A stretch of 55,553 bases of DNA from Phycisphaerae bacterium (lineage in GTDB: Bacteria; Planctomycetota; Phycisphaerae; UBA1845; Fen-1342): contig JASFQK010000043.1 of the NCBI GenBank assembly GCA_050115495.1, forward strand, positions 1-55,553, given 5' to 3'. The notes beneath the pieces are model-generated. The model saw nothing but the letters and a program-made list of their open reading frames with translations, was not told the DNA's origin and made no database searches. Shown one piece after another: positions 9,884-18,435 of this stretch (positions within the stretch are counted from its first letter, which is position 1; each line of letters begins with the position of its first letter). The translations under genes and the position numbers were made by a program.

Positions 9884-9921
9884 GCCCCGTTCCGCTCGCC
9901 CGGGCGGACGGGGCACTTTTC
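9884..9921 (+). terminator. Probable intrinsic terminator
   Basis: GCCCCGTTCCGC...GCGGACGGGGC stem followed by ACTTTTCT. Confidence 0.55.
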
Positions 9922-9950
9922 TGCGCCCACGGCTCACGCGAGGCCAAGGT

Positions 9951-10475
9951 GGCTGGCTACGTTCGCCCGCCTCCCGGGCGGGGAAGACGGGAAGAGGGGG
10001 GGCGTTGGCCGACCGACCAGGGACTGAAGTCCCTGGCTACGTTCGCATGCCCTCTGGGCAAAGAGACGCACATCTGCTCACACTGCTGACGAAGAGACGC
10101 ACATCCGCTCACGCTCCGGGCAAAGAGACGCATATTCCCTCACCCGCAGTCGCGCGTTCCTCCACCCGAACGACGCCCATTCCTCCACCCAAACCGCGCG
10201 CGTTTCTCCACCCGAACGGTGCACATCACTTCGCTCAGACGGTGTGCGTTCCTCCGCCCCGAATGGCACACTTCCCTTCGCCCAGACGGCGCACGTTTCT
10301 CCGCCCAGACGGCGTGTGCTCCTCCGCCCTGAAGGACACGCGTTCTTCCGCCCAAAAAACACGCATCTCCTCGCCCGGAGGGCGCACGATCGTAGCCAGG
10401 GACTTCAGTCCCTGGTCAGCGCCCTCCTTTTCTTCTCTTTCTCTTCCTCCCCGCCCGGCGGGCGCACGAATACCC
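9951..10475. repeat. Inverted REP-like pair enclosing degenerate tandem repeats
   Basis: Perfect 27-bp inverted repeat at 10015-10041 / 10391-10417. Inside are 3 units with 31-bp period (10061, 10092, 10123) and 11 units of 22-24 bp (10141-10390). Confidence 0.85.
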
Positions 10476-10537
10476 GCAATGCACAAGGCCCGCCCCCTCC
10501 CTGCCTCGTTGCCTCGTTGCCTTCTTCCCCTTCCCCC

Positions 10538-13500
10538 TCACTGCTCCAACCGCACCTGCACATTCACAAACTCGAAATCGTCCAGGTCGCCGCGGCAGAC
10601 GACGCCCTGGATCTCCAGTGTGTTGAAGCCCTCGATCAGCAAAGCCGGGTCGAACGACGCTTCGAATTCGCCGAAGCTGCCGTCCGCCGGCGAGGTGCGT
10701 AGGGTCTCGTCGAGCAGCGCTCCGTTGATGTACAGCCGGTGCGGGCATTGCACGCCCTTGGCCAGGAGGGTGATCTTCGCTCGCCGAACGGCGGTGAGGT
10801 CGTGCTGCGGGCTCAGTTCGAACAGCGCCCGCCACGTCTCGCCCTCGGCCTGCTTCTGGAACTGGCTGTTGATCCGCCCTGCCCAGCGGTCGTTGCCGAG
10901 GTGATGGACGACCGGCTCGCTCTCGACGGCGACGAGTTCATCGCTGAGCGGCTCGAGGGCGAAGTCCTGCGTCAGCCCGCCGCGCCGCAGTTCCCGCCCC
11001 GGCACGTTCACCGCCCCCGGCACGTAGCCGTCGTGCGACGCGGTCAGAGCCACGAAGTCCGGCAGACGCGGCACGGGCAACGTGAACCGGCCGGCGTCAT
11101 CGGCGACGGCGATGAGCGGCTCCGCATCCGCCAGATCGAGCCGTAGCGTCGCGCCCGGCAACGGCTCGCCGGTGGCGGCGTCGGTCACGCGTCCATCGAT
11201 CACGCCCGCCGGCGGCTGGTCGCCGTCCTGCCGAGCGCCGCCGCGTACCGGCGGTTCCGTCTCCTTCGGCAATTCGAGATCGAGGGCAAGCGGCACCGCG
11301 ACCGCACGGGCCACGTCATCCGCCGCCGGCGTCGAGGTCACCGACACGACCGGGTCCGCGACGCGCGGCGTGGCCGTCACGCCGGGCGTCGCCGACTCCT
11401 GCCACGACTTCGCCACCGGCCGCGGGTCGATCTTCACGCACGTTCGCGCCGGTTGATCCGTCGCGGGAACCAGCGACGGCACGCCGGCCCGCACACCTTC
11501 GGTCGTCGCCGGCGCCGGCTGCGCAGCATGCTCGGCGACCGGCGCCGCCTGTCCCTGCTCGAGTTCGGGCAGCGACAGGTGTAACGGCTGCACGGCCACG
11601 GGTTTCGTCGGCCGAACCGCCATGCTCTGCGCAGTTGCTGCGCCTGGACGGACCTCGATCGCCTTCTCGCTCGGCGCGACTGCCGACGCCGACTCGGGCA
11701 CGCCGACACGCTGTGCCGGCGGCAGTGCGGCCACGGTCGCCGGCGCCGTCACCGCTTCGGTCGGTCGCAACGGATCCGCTCGCGTCGGCGAAGCCGCCAC
11801 CGGCGTCGGCACCGGCGCGCTCGCTGCCTCGGCTGTCGCCGACGGCGCATCGGCGGCCGGCAGGGCAACGTCAATGTTCACCGGCGGGCGCACATCGGCC
11901 GTCGTCGCCAGCGGCGGCGTCACGCTCGCGCCGACCGTCGCCTCACGCGGCTGCCCCGCGTCGGCGAAGCTCCCGCGCTCTTCCGCGACATTCTGCGCCA
12001 ATCCACGTTCGGGCGTGACAACCGCCGCCACCGGAGGCTCCGTCGGCTGACTCGTCGCGAACACCGGGCGGCCCCGTTCGTGCAGCGGTGCCTCCGCCGG
12101 CGTGGCGGGCGTGTGCGGCGCCGCCTCCTCGACCGCGATCTTCGCCACCTCGCTCGGCAGCGCCAGCTCCGGCAGCCGATCGAGAGCGATGGTCACCGGC
12201 GGAATCTCGGGCGGCGCGCTGTCCACCTCCGGCACGGGCGCATCCGCCGCCGCCGACTCCGCCACCATCTGCTCCGGAACGTCCAGCACGTGCGACGCAC
12301 TCGGCAACTCGGCCAACTCGGTCCGCGCCTCGACCGTCACCGCCGGCTCTGCCCGCTCCGGCGTGAACGTCTCCGCCGGCGGCAGCACCAGATCCACCAA
12401 TCCGCCGCGAATCTGCGTGGCGAGGCTCTCCGCTCCACCCGGCGTGGCGAGCACCACCTGCACGCGACCGTGGCGCAGCACACCCGACAGCGACGCCGTC
12501 ACCTGCCAAAAGCTCAGCAGCAGCATCAGCAGTGCATGGGCAAGTAGCGACGCCAGCAGACATTGTGTGATCAGCGCCAGCCGCCGATCGCGCACACTCC
12601 CCCAGAACGCCCGCAGAAGCAGCAGCAGGATCAGCGCCAGCAGCAGCCACCCGAGCAGCGGCAGCAATTCGCGCAACAGCGCCATCCAATCCACCGGCGT
12701 GCCCGGCTCGGCCGCGGTGAAGACCTCGCGGGCCGATGTGTAATACAAGTTGTAGTCAGGCTCGCCGCCGACCTGCTGCCGCGAACGATCGCGGTCGGAG
12801 CTGAAGTACAGGGCGTAGCCCAGGTGCGTCAGCCCCGGATCGAGCTCGTTCATCGGCGTGTTCACCGGGGCACCGAGCCCGATCGGCGGCTCGTGTGTCC
12901 CGTCCATCCGCCGACTGCGATACAAGTCGAACCCGCCCATGCCACCGGGCCGATCCGACGCGAAGTACACGAAGTCGCCGGCGGGACTCACGCACGGCGC
13001 GCCCTCGTTGTCCGGCGTGTTCAGGGAACCGACCGGCCGCGCCGGCCCGGCACCGGCCTCGGTCAGTGCCGCCGAATAGATGTCGTACGTTCGGCGGAAG
13101 AGGTCTTCGCGAACGGTCGCCGGCCAGGCGTGCGGATCGGGTGTCTCTTCCAGCACGGGCCGCGGCCGGTTCGAAGCGAAGTACACGGTCGCGCCGTCAG
13201 GCGTGAGCGCCGGCCCGTAATCGTTGTACGGCGAATTCACGCCGGGGCCGAGGTTGATCGGCTCCTGCCAGCCGTTGCTTCCGCGGTGGGCGACCCAGAT
13301 ATCGTAGCCGCCACTGCCGCCCGGGCGATCGCTGTAGAAATACAGCGACGTCCCATCCGGCGACGGCTCGGGCCCCAATTCGTCGTGTCCGGTGTTGATG
13401 TCGGCGACCGGCACGGCTTCGGTCCAGCCGTCGACGGTGCGCTGTGACATGAACAAGTCGGCGTTCTCGCCGGCCTTGCCGCGGACGAAGTACAGCGTCA

Positions 13501-13741
13501 GCCCGTCCCAGCTCAACCGCGGCTCGTAGTCCTGCCGCTCGGTGTTCAACGCCGCCGACAGGCTCACCGGCGGCTGCCACAAGATGTCCCGCGGATCGCC
13601 AGCACTCACCGGCTGCCGAATCGTGTCGGCGTCGGTGTAGAACTCACGCGGCCGCGGCAGCACCGTCCACACGATCGCCGCCCCGCCGGCCACGACGGTC
13701 GCCGCGATCGCGATCCACAGCCAGGTCCGCCCAGAACGCAT
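10538..13741 (-). CDS. Chimeric protein: PD40 (TolB-like) propeller, TM helices with SxxxH, Pro/Ala-rich linker, carboxypeptidase-regulatory-like domain and C-terminal beta domain
   Basis: Repeats of PxxSPDGxxLYFxSDRPGGxGGYDI; TM CLLASLLAHALLMLLLSFW; long P/A/E/V/T-rich region; GVIDGRVTDAATGEPLPGATL. Confidence 0.8.
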   Translation of the reverse strand: MRSGRTWLWIAIAATVVAGGAAIVWTVLPRPREFYTDADTIRQPVSAGDPRDILWQPPVSLSAALNTERQDYEPRLSWDGLTLYFVRGKAGENADLFMSQRTVDGWTEAVPVADINTGHDELGPEPSPDGTSLYFYSDRPGGSGGYDIWVAHRGSNGWQEPINLGPGVNSPYNDYGPALTPDGATVYFASNRPRPVLEETPDPHAWPATVREDLFRRTYDIYSAALTEAGAGPARPVGSLNTPDNEGAPCVSPAGDFVYFASDRPGGMGGFDLYRSRRMDGTHEPPIGLGAPVNTPMNELDPGLTHLGYALYFSSDRDRSRQQVGGEPDYNLYYTSAREVFTAAEPGTPVDWMALLRELLPLLGWLLLALILLLLLRAFWGSVRDRRLALITQCLLASLLAHALLMLLLSFWQVTASLSGVLRHGRVQVVLATPGGAESLATQIRGGLVDLVLPPAETFTPERAEPAVTVEARTELAELPSASHVLDVPEQMVAESAAADAPVPEVDSAPPEIPPVTIALDRLPELALPSEVAKIAVEEAAPHTPATPAEAPLHERGRPVFATSQPTEPPVAAVVTPERGLAQNVAEERGSFADAGQPREATVGASVTPPLATTADVRPPVNIDVALPAADAPSATAEAASAPVPTPVAASPTRADPLRPTEAVTAPATVAALPPAQRVGVPESASAVAPSEKAIEVRPGAATAQSMAVRPTKPVAVQPLHLSLPELEQGQAAPVAEHAAQPAPATTEGVRAGVPSLVPATDQPARTCVKIDPRPVAKSWQESATPGVTATPRVADPVVSVTSTPAADDVARAVAVPLALDLELPKETEPPVRGGARQDGDQPPAGVIDGRVTDAATGEPLPGATLRLDLADAEPLIAVADDAGRFTLPVPRLPDFVALTASHDGYVPGAVNVPGRELRRGGLTQDFALEPLSDELVAVESEPVVHHLGNDRWAGRINSQFQKQAEGETWRALFELSPQHDLTAVRRAKITLLAKGVQCPHRLYINGALLDETLRTSPADGSFGEFEASFDPALLIEGFNTLEIQGVVCRGDLDDFEFVNVQVRLEQ

Positions 13742-13782
13742 GTCGATCCTCGCTCGGTTTGCCTCAGCGTGTCGAGCGGCCG

Positions 13783-13858
13783 AGACAGGGGACAGGCACC
13801 ACGCATCGCGCCATCTCTGAACCGGTCCGCTCGCCGTGGCGCGGAGACAGTCCCCTTT
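13783..13858. repeat. Short palindromic intergenic repeat
   Basis: AGGGGACAGGCACC ... GAGACAGTCCCCT imperfect inverted ends inside the operon. Confidence 0.35.
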
Positions 13859-13870
13859 CTCGGCCGGCGG

Positions 13871-14287
13871 CTATTCCTCCAGCACCGTGTCCAGGTACGG
13901 TTCCTGGATGCCCGCGGCCTTGCAGATATCCAGCACGCGCACAACGTTGGCGTACACCGTGCCGCGATCGCCGCGCACGGCGACTTTCTGCTCCGGGTTC
14001 ACCTCGACGCGCTGCGTGACCATACGCCGGAGCTCCTCCGGCTCGACGGCCTGTCCGCCAAGGATGATCCGCCCGTCGCGGTCAACGTTGATGACGATCT
14101 CACGCAGGTTGGCGCTGATCGGCCCCGCGGCCCGCGCCTCCGGCAGCGCGATCTGCATCTCCCGCTCCTCCTGATGAAATGTCGTCGCCACCAGGAAGAA
14201 GATAAGCAGCAGGAAGACCATGTCGATGATCGGCGTCAGGTCGATCGACGGATGCGATTCGACTTCGTCAGCTTGCAGCAGCATCAT
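13871..14287 (-). CDS. exbD: Biopolymer transport protein ExbD/TolR
   Basis: IDLTPIIDMVFLLLIFFLVAT and VRGDR...VVRVLDICKAAGI. Confidence 0.92.
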   Translation of the reverse strand: MMLLQADEVESHPSIDLTPIIDMVFLLLIFFLVATTFHQEEREMQIALPEARAAGPISANLREIVINVDRDGRIILGGQAVEPEELRRMVTQRVEVNPEQKVAVRGDRGTVYANVVRVLDICKAAGIQEPYLDTVLEE

Positions 14288-14294
14288 GCACCCC

Positions 14295-15107
14295 CTATCT
14301 CGCCACCGCCGGGACTTCGGGGCTGTTGCCCGCCGCCACTGCTGGCTCGGGCATCGGCGGCACGCGATCCACCGCCGCGCTGGCCGTCGCCACCGGCCGC
14401 GTCCGCCGGCGAACGACGTGCTCCTCGATGAAGTCCACGGTCATCTGGTCGATGTCGAGCACAAGCCGCTGAATGCGGGCCGCGAGCCAGTGATGTGCGA
14501 TGAGCACGGGGATGGCCACGATCAGCCCGGCGGCCGTCGTGATCATCGCCTCGTAGATGCCGCGAGCCAGCAGCTCGGTGCGACCGAGCGCCTCGCCCGA
14601 CGACGCCACCGTCTGAAACGCCCGGATCATGCCGAAAATCGTCCCGAGCAGCCCCATCAGCGGCGCGATCGAGGCGATGACGGCCAACGTCCGCAGGAAT
14701 CGCCGGAGCTTCAGCACCTCGCGCCGCCCCGCTTCGGCGACGTGCTTCTCGATCCGCTCGATCGGCTCGCCCAGCCGCCGAATCGCCGCGATGAAGATGT
14801 TCGCCACCGGGCTGCCATCATCGCGGCAATAGCGGAGTGCCTCCGCCGCGTCACCCGGCCGCTCGCCGAGCCGCGATTCGAGACCCGGCAGGAACCCGGC
14901 GGGGATGATCCGCACGCGGCGCAAACTCAGTGCCCGCTCGATCACCACCGCCAGCGCCAGCAGCGACGCCAGCCCGATCGGGATCATCATCGGCCCGCCC
15001 TTGATGATGAAGTCCCACACCGATTGCACCTGCACGGCACTGCCCGCCGCACCGTCCGCCTGCCCCAGCAAAAACCCGGTCGTGGCCAACAGGTTCACGA
15101 TCCGCAC
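14295..15107 (-). CDS. exbB: MotA/TolQ/ExbB proton channel protein
   Basis: GGPMMIPI, IAPLMGLLGTIFGMIRAF and GIYEAMITTAAGLIVAIP. Confidence 0.92.
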   Translation of the reverse strand: MRIVNLLATTGFLLGQADGAAGSAVQVQSVWDFIIKGGPMMIPIGLASLLALAVVIERALSLRRVRIIPAGFLPGLESRLGERPGDAAEALRYCRDDGSPVANIFIAAIRRLGEPIERIEKHVAEAGRREVLKLRRFLRTLAVIASIAPLMGLLGTIFGMIRAFQTVASSGEALGRTELLARGIYEAMITTAAGLIVAIPVLIAHHWLAARIQRLVLDIDQMTVDFIEEHVVRRRTRPVATASAAVDRVPPMPEPAVAAGNSPEVPAVAR

Positions 15108-15140
15108 TCCCTTCGTTCGTTCGAGACATGCGGGCGGCGA

Positions 15141-18100
15141 CTACTCGTCGCGACCCGGCAAGGCACCCCCGCCCAGCTTCCGCAGCCGCTCGCGAGACAG
15201 CTCCGCCCACCGCGACTGCTCGTATTTGTCGACGACCGCCTTGAACTGCTCGCGAGCCTCGACCGCCTTCCCCTGCGCCTCGAAGCAGCGCCCGGCCTCG
15301 TACAGCGCGGCGGCGCTCCACTGGGGATAGGCGTAGAGGATGTCCACCTTCAGCAGCTCGCGCGTCGCGGCCTCCAGGTCCTTCTTCGCGAAGAGGCATT
15401 CGCCGATCTGGAACTGGGCCCGGGCCGCCGTCGGTCCCTGGTGACGATCGACGACGACCCGGTACGCCGCGATCGCCTCATCGTGGCGATCCTGGTTCTC
15501 GCGCGCCCACGCCAGCCCGAACTGCGCCTGAAACCAGTTCTCACTGTCTGCATAGCGTTCGAGGTAGTCGGCGAACACCTTCTCACTGCGGGCCCAGCGT
15601 TGCAGCACGGCCAGGGCCTCACCGAGCCGCAGCAACGCCGGCCCGTGCACGGCATCGCCGGCGAAGCGTTCGGCGATGCGCGTGAGATGCGTGACGGCTT
15701 TCTCATGCTGCCCCGCCCGGAAGCTCGCCTCGCCGCAGAAGAAGCTGGCCGAGGCGACCAGGCTGCTGTCGGGGTATGCCTCCAAAAACCCCTCGAGCAA
15801 CTTGATCGCCTCTGTATCGTGACCGAGCTCGAACTCGCACACGCCGAGCCGGTAGGTCGCCCGTTCCTGCACCGCCGGCGGGACGTCGGTCCCCGCCCGC
15901 ACGCGCTGGAGCAACTGCCCCGCCTGCTCATGATGGCCGGCGGCGGCCTTAATCTCCGCCAATTCGAGGGCAGCGTGCACGTGCAGTTCACCCGGCGCTT
16001 CGACCAAAGCCCGGTACGCCTCCTGGGCCTCGTCCGTCTTCCCGAGTTGCCGCAGACACCACGCCTTCTCGTACCGCACAGCGCTCTGTAGCGATGCCGA
16101 GAGCTTGCCGAGCCCTTCCCGTTCCAGTCCGCGGATCGACTCCAATGCCTGGTCGCAGTGATCCTGCCGCGCCTGGGCAACGCAGACCTGGGCCCGTGCT
16201 TCCCGCGCGTGCTCGTGGTCACCGTACCGATCGAGGAACTCCCGCAGGACCTTCTCCGCTTCCGCGTACCGTTCGAGCAGCAGCAGCGCTTGCCCACGCT
16301 GGTACCGTGCCTCCGCGGCCAGCGTCTCGTCCGGCGACGAATCGAGCACTTTCGCAAACTCGTCGGCGGCATCCTGCGGGCGCTGCTGCCGGACGGCGAT
16401 CGCCCCCAAGTGATTGTGGGCGAAGACGACGAAGCGTGACGCCCCATCCTGGGCGAGCACCTGCGTGAACGCCTCGCGAGCTTCGTCCAAACGGTCGAGC
16501 GCCACGAGCGCCTGCCCGCGTTCGAACATCGCCTGCAACCGCTGCGGCCCCTTGGAGAAATGCGCCAGCAGCTTGTCAAAGACCGTCAACGCGTCGTCGT
16601 GTCGCCCCTGCCGCTGCTGAGCGAGCCCAAGCTGAAGCAGCGCATCCTCGGCCGCCGCCACCGTCAGGTCATCACCGAGATACTGCGTGAGACACTTCTC
16701 CGCCTCCCCCCAATCGCCGGCCTGGAAACGCAAGTCGCCCAAAGCCAGCAGCGCCGGCCGCAGTTCCGGACGGGCCAGGTCGTCGGTGGACAAGCCGGCC
16801 AGCATCTTCAACGCCTCGTCGCCGCGATCGAGCCGGTACAGCGACATGCCCAGCCGATACGTGGCCTGCGCCTGTCGCGAGTCATCGGGATACGTCTTGC
16901 GAAATCGTCCGCCGGCCGCCACCGCCGCCGCGTACTCGCCGGCCGCGTACTCGTTCTCCGCGACCAGAAACGCCACATCCGCTGCCAGGGCGTTCTCCGC
17001 GTACTTGCGCTGGAATCGCCGGCAGTGTTCGCGGCATGGGTCATACTGCTTCGTGCGGTGGGCGACGAGCGCTGCCAGATACAGAGCATCGGGCTCGAGG
17101 TCATGCCCGGGGAAGTCGTGGCCGAACGCCTCGGCTGCCTCGGCCGCGGCTGCATCGTCCTCCAGCCGGACCAGGGCCACCAGCCGGTCGTACGCCATCT
17201 CTGCCCGCAGATCGCTCTTCGGATACTCCGCGATCGCCTTCTCCAGCCGCTTCGCCGCCTCGCTCGTCTCGCCCTGCCGCAACTGGCACTTGGCGATCCA
17301 GTAGGCGGCATCGTCGGCCAGATCGTCGTCGGCGCGGGCCACCTCCTGGAACAGCTTGCGAGCCCGCCCGTAGTCCTCGGCCTCGAAGTAGAGGCAGCCG
17401 CGCAGCAGCTTCGCCGACGCAGCCAGCGATCCGTCGCCGTGCTCCTTCAGCAGACGATCGAGATAGCCCGCCGCTTCCTCCCCCTTGCCGCCATGATAGG
17501 CCAGCGTCGCCAGACCCATCAGCGCTTCAGCCTCGTATCCCGACTCGCGATCATCCAGAACGCGACGGAACCACTCGGTCGCCTTGGCCGGCGCGTTGCT
17601 GTGCTGGTGACACTGGGCGATGAGGATGCCGGCGTGGTGCGCGAATGGCCCCGCCGGGAAACGCTTCAACACCCGTTCGAGCCGCTCCGCCGCCGCGGCG
17701 TAGGCCCCCTGCTGCATCTCGGCCAGAGCGCCGAAATAGTCGACGCGTTCGGCGAGCGGATTGTCCGGCCACTGCTTGGCGAACGCGGCACACCACTCGA
17801 CCGTCTCGGCGTAATGCCCGCTGCTGAAGAGCGCCTGAGCGCACACCGCCGCCGCATCGTCCGCCAGCGCGTGTTCCGGATGGGTTCGCACGACGTGCAG
17901 TAAAGCTTCCACCGCCAGCCCGTATTCGCTGCGGGCCAGGCGGCACTGGCCGAGCATCGTCCAGACCTCGGCGTCGTACGCGAAATCCTTGTCGCGAGTG
18001 AGCTGTTCGAGCTCCGCCGCCGCCTCGTCGAATTTCTCCGCGCGGAAGCAGCACACCGCCAGTCCGTACCGGGCCAACCGCACCTTCTCATGCCGCTTGT

Positions 18101-18293
18101 GGACGGACAGGAAAGCGCGGTACTCCTCCGCAGCGAGGTCGTACAGCCCGCGATTGAGCAGGCCGTTAGCGCTCAAGTAAGCGCGATCGGCTTCCGCGTC
18201 GGTATCATCCGCCGGCGCTACCTGCGTCACCGCCGCCAGCACGAGTAGAACGAGAACAGCAAACGTGCGAGTGTGGGCCCCTGCCTGCGTCAT
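15141..18293 (-). CDS. Large periplasmic TPR-repeat protein (CpoB/YbgF/BamD-like repeats)
   Basis: Signal peptide followed by many TPR units (YxLGxxxY...A...F...YP.S). Confidence 0.9.
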   Translation of the reverse strand: MTQAGAHTRTFAVLVLLVLAAVTQVAPADDTDAEADRAYLSANGLLNRGLYDLAAEEYRAFLSVHKRHEKVRLARYGLAVCCFRAEKFDEAAAELEQLTRDKDFAYDAEVWTMLGQCRLARSEYGLAVEALLHVVRTHPEHALADDAAAVCAQALFSSGHYAETVEWCAAFAKQWPDNPLAERVDYFGALAEMQQGAYAAAAERLERVLKRFPAGPFAHHAGILIAQCHQHSNAPAKATEWFRRVLDDRESGYEAEALMGLATLAYHGGKGEEAAGYLDRLLKEHGDGSLAASAKLLRGCLYFEAEDYGRARKLFQEVARADDDLADDAAYWIAKCQLRQGETSEAAKRLEKAIAEYPKSDLRAEMAYDRLVALVRLEDDAAAAEAAEAFGHDFPGHDLEPDALYLAALVAHRTKQYDPCREHCRRFQRKYAENALAADVAFLVAENEYAAGEYAAAVAAGGRFRKTYPDDSRQAQATYRLGMSLYRLDRGDEALKMLAGLSTDDLARPELRPALLALGDLRFQAGDWGEAEKCLTQYLGDDLTVAAAEDALLQLGLAQQRQGRHDDALTVFDKLLAHFSKGPQRLQAMFERGQALVALDRLDEAREAFTQVLAQDGASRFVVFAHNHLGAIAVRQQRPQDAADEFAKVLDSSPDETLAAEARYQRGQALLLLERYAEAEKVLREFLDRYGDHEHAREARAQVCVAQARQDHCDQALESIRGLEREGLGKLSASLQSAVRYEKAWCLRQLGKTDEAQEAYRALVEAPGELHVHAALELAEIKAAAGHHEQAGQLLQRVRAGTDVPPAVQERATYRLGVCEFELGHDTEAIKLLEGFLEAYPDSSLVASASFFCGEASFRAGQHEKAVTHLTRIAERFAGDAVHGPALLRLGEALAVLQRWARSEKVFADYLERYADSENWFQAQFGLAWARENQDRHDEAIAAYRVVVDRHQGPTAARAQFQIGECLFAKKDLEAATRELLKVDILYAYPQWSAAALYEAGRCFEAQGKAVEAREQFKAVVDKYEQSRWAELSRERLRKLGGGALPGRDE

Positions 18294-18435
18294 GGGCGAT
18301 GCTCCCTCATCCGGATCCCAGTCGCGCCGTGGCCAGAGCCCGGCGCTACCGGGCGAGCCCGCCGCAACCGGCGTGCTCGCCCGGAGCCAATACCCCTCCG
18401 ATCTGCCCCGCCTCAGCAGCGGGGACCGCGCCTCT

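Noticed and set aside
10050..10390. Possible CRISPR array
   Set aside because: Units are contiguous and degenerate, with no constant repeat and unique spacer alternation, and there are no cas genes in the window.
10005..10904. ORFs across the repeat array (e.g. 299 aa on +)
   Set aside because: They are translations of REP and tandem repeats and run antisense into a real gene.
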